DNA of 32,000 bases from Synechococcus elongatus PCC 6301 (GTDB taxonomy: Bacteria; Cyanobacteriota; Cyanobacteriia; Synechococcales; Synechococcaceae): NCBI RefSeq assembly GCF_000010065.1, contig NC_006576.1, positions 2,130,001 through 2,162,000 of the forward strand, in the 5' to 3' direction. Below are positions 29,277-32,000 of this stretch, one piece after another. The translations under genes and the position numbers were made by a program. Below the pieces are notes generated by a model. That model was not told the origin of the DNA, searched no databases, and worked only from the letters and a program-made list of their open reading frames with translations. How positions within the stretch are numbered: the stretch's first letter is position 1; the number at the start of each line of letters is the position of its first letter.

Positions 29277-30458
29277 TTGCAACTACTAACCTTCAATGCA
29301 GGTTCCAGTAGCTATAAATTGTCAGGATTTGAGATCACAACAGCTGCGGAGCAAACAGATCCCGTCTGGCAAGTCCAAATTGATTGGAAAACCGATCGAG
29401 CGGCGACGCTGACGCAGCCCGGACAGCCTGTTCAGATGCTGGATAGCAGCGATCGCAGGGCTTGGCTTGAAATAGCGCTAGAGACATTGCCCGATCGCAG
29501 CGCGATCGCGGCGGTGGTGCACCGGGTCGTTCACGGTGGACAGCAACAAGCTCCCGCTGTGGTGACGCCAGAGCTGAAAGCGACGATCGCCGCCGCCGCT
29601 AATTTAGCGCCCTTGCACAATCCCCTCAATCTGGCGGGGATCGAGCAGATGGAGCAGTTGTTTGGCCTAGCGATGCCTCAGATTGCTGTGTTTGATACGG
29701 CCTTTCATCAGCAAATGCCAGTGGCTGCGGCCATCTATGGCGGTCCCTATCACTGGTGGGAGCAAGGATATCGGCGCTATGGCTTCCACGGCATCAGTCA
29801 TCAATATCTGGCGGAACGCTGTGCCCAGTTGAGCGATCGCTCTCTCTCGAATTTGCAATTAGTGACCGCGCATTTAGGCAATGGGTGCTCGCTGGCGGCG
29901 ATTCGTAATGGCCATAGTGTCGATACCAGTATGGGCTTTTCGCCGTTGGAAGGCCTAGTGATGGGCAGTCGGAGTGGCACAGTCGATCCGGGCTTACTCC
30001 TGCATCTCTTGCAACAGCCAGATTGCAGCCCCAGTCAGCTCAGCACGGTCCTGAATCAGCAATCGGGGCTTCTAGGTTTGAGTGGTCGCTCCAATGATGT
30101 GCGGGCGTTGGCGATCGCAGCGGACGCCGGGGATCAGCGATCGCAGTTAGCGTTAGCAGCCTTTACCCACAGTCTGCGGCGACATCTTGGGGCAATGTTG
30201 GCCAGTCTGACGCGGCTTGATGCGCTGGTGTTTGCCGGTGGGATCGGCGAAAACTATCGGTCGCTCTGGCCAGCGGTCTGCGAACACTTTGCGGGCATGC
30301 CGATTCGGCTTGATCCGGAAGCGATGGCTGTTGCAGGCGATCGCCGCATCAGTACGCCAGATTCTGCGATCACCGTTTGGGTGATTCACAGTCGTGAGGA
30401 CTGGCAGATGGTGCAGTTGGCCCTGCCTTTGCTTCGATCCCCACAGTCTTTCAATTGA
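29277..30458 (+). CDS. ackA: Acetate kinase (TTG start)
   Basis: MQLLTFNAGSSSYKLSGFE..., RVVHGG, FDTAFHQQMP, YGFHGISHQYL, TAHLGNGCSLAAI, DTSMGFSPLEGLVMGSRSGTVDP. AGGAG lies about 10 nt upstream of TTG 29277. Confidence 0.95.
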   Translation: MQLLTFNAGSSSYKLSGFEITTAAEQTDPVWQVQIDWKTDRAATLTQPGQPVQMLDSSDRRAWLEIALETLPDRSAIAAVVHRVVHGGQQQAPAVVTPELKATIAAAANLAPLHNPLNLAGIEQMEQLFGLAMPQIAVFDTAFHQQMPVAAAIYGGPYHWWEQGYRRYGFHGISHQYLAERCAQLSDRSLSNLQLVTAHLGNGCSLAAIRNGHSVDTSMGFSPLEGLVMGSRSGTVDPGLLLHLLQQPDCSPSQLSTVLNQQSGLLGLSGRSNDVRALAIAADAGDQRSQLALAAFTHSLRRHLGAMLASLTRLDALVFAGGIGENYRSLWPAVCEHFAGMPIRLDPEAMAVAGDRRISTPDSAITVWVIHSREDWQMVQLALPLLRSPQSFN

Positions 30459-30466
30459 GGTTTGGC

Positions 30467-31105
30467 ATGGTTTTAAGACTCTATCTCGTCCGCCACGGTG
30501 AAACGACCGCTAGCCGTGAAGGCGGCTACAGTGGCAGCGGCAATCCGCCGCTGACAGAAGCGGGGCAGCAGATGGCTCAGGCTTTAGCGGATACCTATGC
30601 TGATTTGAATTGGCAGGCTGCCTATGTCAGCCCGTTGCTACGGGCACAAGAAACTGCGCAACCCCTCTGTCAGCAGGCCAAGCTTGACATGCGGATTCGC
30701 GATGGACTGCGTGAGATCGACTTTGGCATTTGGGAGAACCGCACGCCGGATGAAGTCATGGCCAGTCATCAGCAGGACTATCTTCACTGGCTAGCGGAGC
30801 CTGCCTGGAATCCCCCCACGGGTGGCGAAAGTGCGGTGGTCGTCGCCAGTCGGGTCAGCCTCGTGATTCAGGAAATCACTGAGACGATCGCCGATGGAAA
30901 TGTCCTTGTTGTCTCTCACAAAGCAACCCTGCGGATTCTGCTTTGTAACCTCTTGGGGATCGATCTGGGGCGTTACCGCGATCGCATTGCTATGCCAGTC
31001 GCCTCGCTCTCCATCCTGTCTTTCAATCAGCACGGGCCCTGTCTGGAACGCTTGGGCGATCGCAGTCATCTGCCACTGGAGTTGCGCGATCGCGCTGGAA
31101 CTTAA
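30467..31105 (+). CDS. Histidine phosphatase family protein (phosphoglycerate mutase/CobC-like)
   Basis: MVLRLYLVRHGETTASREGGYSGSGNPPLTEAGQQMA...LREIDFGIWENRTPDEV...VLVVSHKATLRILLCNLLGI. ATG 30467 is preferred over the track TTG at 30455. Confidence 0.88.
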   Translation: MVLRLYLVRHGETTASREGGYSGSGNPPLTEAGQQMAQALADTYADLNWQAAYVSPLLRAQETAQPLCQQAKLDMRIRDGLREIDFGIWENRTPDEVMASHQQDYLHWLAEPAWNPPTGGESAVVVASRVSLVIQEITETIADGNVLVVSHKATLRILLCNLLGIDLGRYRDRIAMPVASLSILSFNQHGPCLERLGDRSHLPLELRDRAGT

Positions 31106-31481
31106 GCAACTGGTATCCGTCCCCGTCGCGCCTCTCTGTCACGATCGGCACGGCACTCTACAAGCTGCTTAGGACGATTGGATTTTGGGTGGGTATCGAG
31201 TCAACAACTTCTGTCCGTGGGAGTGATTGCGCACTCCCCCACCCACGCCTTGGGAGACTCGACTCCCCTAGCACCGAAACAAGATTTTGGATGAGGCTGC
31301 TCGGCTAAATCGCATATTGTCACGGGTAAAATTCGCCGGTGTTGGTCATGGGGTGGAGGCTAGACAGCTCGGGTAAACGTCCTAAACCACCTGTTGAATA
31401 AATGGTGTCTTCACCTCGGTGATCGCGACTGCTGAGCTAGGGCAATAGCCCAGCTGAACCGCTCATCAATGTTGTCAATCT

Positions 31482-31898
31482 TCAGACCTGACAGCGATCG
31501 CGGCATTGACGGTCGGCCGCTAGGGTTGCTAAATCTGGACGTCCTGTGAGGGCTAAGCGGCGATCGGCCCAGAGCCCGTAGACCCAATCGATCAGCGATC
31601 GCAAGAGGGGCCAGCGCGTTGGGGCGTAGATCCAGCCGAGGCCAATCGCGGCGTAAAGCTGCCGAAAAACTTCCACATCCTGCAGAATGACACCATCATT
31701 GCGAAGGGCATGGATTCGGCCCATGGCCTGCTCGTAGCTGATCCCGGCATGCTCCTCGGGGGCATAGTCCGGTGCATCAATATCGACAAACTGGATGCGG
31801 TTCTGGCGATCGCGTCCTTGCAGAAAGCGAACCTCGCGTAAGCAGAGTGGACAGCCACCGTCGTAGAGCAATGTGTACTGCCAAATCGAGCCAGTCAT
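31482..31898 (-). CDS. DCC family thiol-disulfide oxidoreductase-like protein (DUF393)
   Basis: LLYDGGCPLCLREVRFLQGRD...VDIDAPDYAPEEHAGISYEQAMGRIHAL contains the DxxCxxC family motif. Confidence 0.88.
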   Translation of the reverse strand: MTGSIWQYTLLYDGGCPLCLREVRFLQGRDRQNRIQFVDIDAPDYAPEEHAGISYEQAMGRIHALRNDGVILQDVEVFRQLYAAIGLGWIYAPTRWPLLRSLIDWVYGLWADRRLALTGRPDLATLAADRQCRDRCQV

Positions 31899-31964
31899 GC
31901 CGCGTCAGAAATCGTCGGGACGCTGTGATCCTAACGAACCCTCCGGCTCTGCCTCGACTTTCAC

Positions 31965-32000
31965 TTAGTCTTCTAGCTCGGCATTGTGCAAGGCTTCCGC
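31965..32000 (-). CDS. C-terminal end of an unidentified protein (partial, runs off the right edge)
   Basis: Minus-strand frame ...AEALHNAELED* with TAA at 31965-31967. Very short, so coding status is uncertain. Confidence 0.4.
   Translation of the reverse strand, partial: AEALHNAELED

Noticed and set aside
1-32000. CRISPR array, transposon, prophage, toxin-antitoxin or retron-like elements
   Set aside because: I saw no regularly spaced repeats, transposases, integrases, reverse transcriptases or phage structural proteins. Most of the window is housekeeping or cyanobacterial metabolism.
1-32000. tRNA or rRNA genes
   Set aside because: I saw no cloverleaf-like GGTTCRANNCC segments or rRNA motifs in the intergenic regions. 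A tRNAscan-SE/Infernal run would be needed to be certain.

Overview
This window looks like an ordinary cyanobacterial chromosomal segment. The dense GCGATCGC (HIP1) palindromes, protein content and gene order fit Synechococcus elongatus (PCC 7942/6301 type). That identification is an inference from recalled gene order, not a database match. Contents from left to right: the end of a cyanate transport/cyanase operon (cynA end, cynB, cynD, cynS); a small DUF3291-like ORF; a minus-strand dTDP-rhamnose cluster (rfbC-rfbD-rfbB-rfbA) followed by a 2Fe-2S ferredoxin-like gene; a DUF1853-like gene; a CBS/GAF/GGDEF signalling protein; a small secreted protein; an NDH-1 CO2-uptake operon (ndhF-ndhD-CO2 hydration protein-FAS1 protein, most like ndhF3/ndhD3/chpY(cupA)/cupS); homoserine dehydrogenase; a VKOR-thioredoxin fusion; hisF; petP; an ArsA-like ATPase; chlG; marC; an EF-G-like GTPase; a family 2 glycosyltransferase; divergent phosphoketolase and acetate kinase genes; a histidine phosphatase; and a DCC/DUF393 protein. 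I found no CRISPR array, transposon, prophage, tRNA or rRNA, and no clear sign of a novel defence or mobile system. The most notable observation is an in-frame TAG codon (21503-21505) inside the conserved N-terminal region of chlG, exactly where homologues read ...WKIRLQ-L-MKPITW.... It is directly followed by an in-frame ATG. Secondary points are repeats and a hairpin upstream of the CO2-uptake operon, hairpins between convergent genes (one carrying a HIP1 site in its loop), a TTG-start ackA, and three consecutive ATGA overlaps in the rfb cluster.
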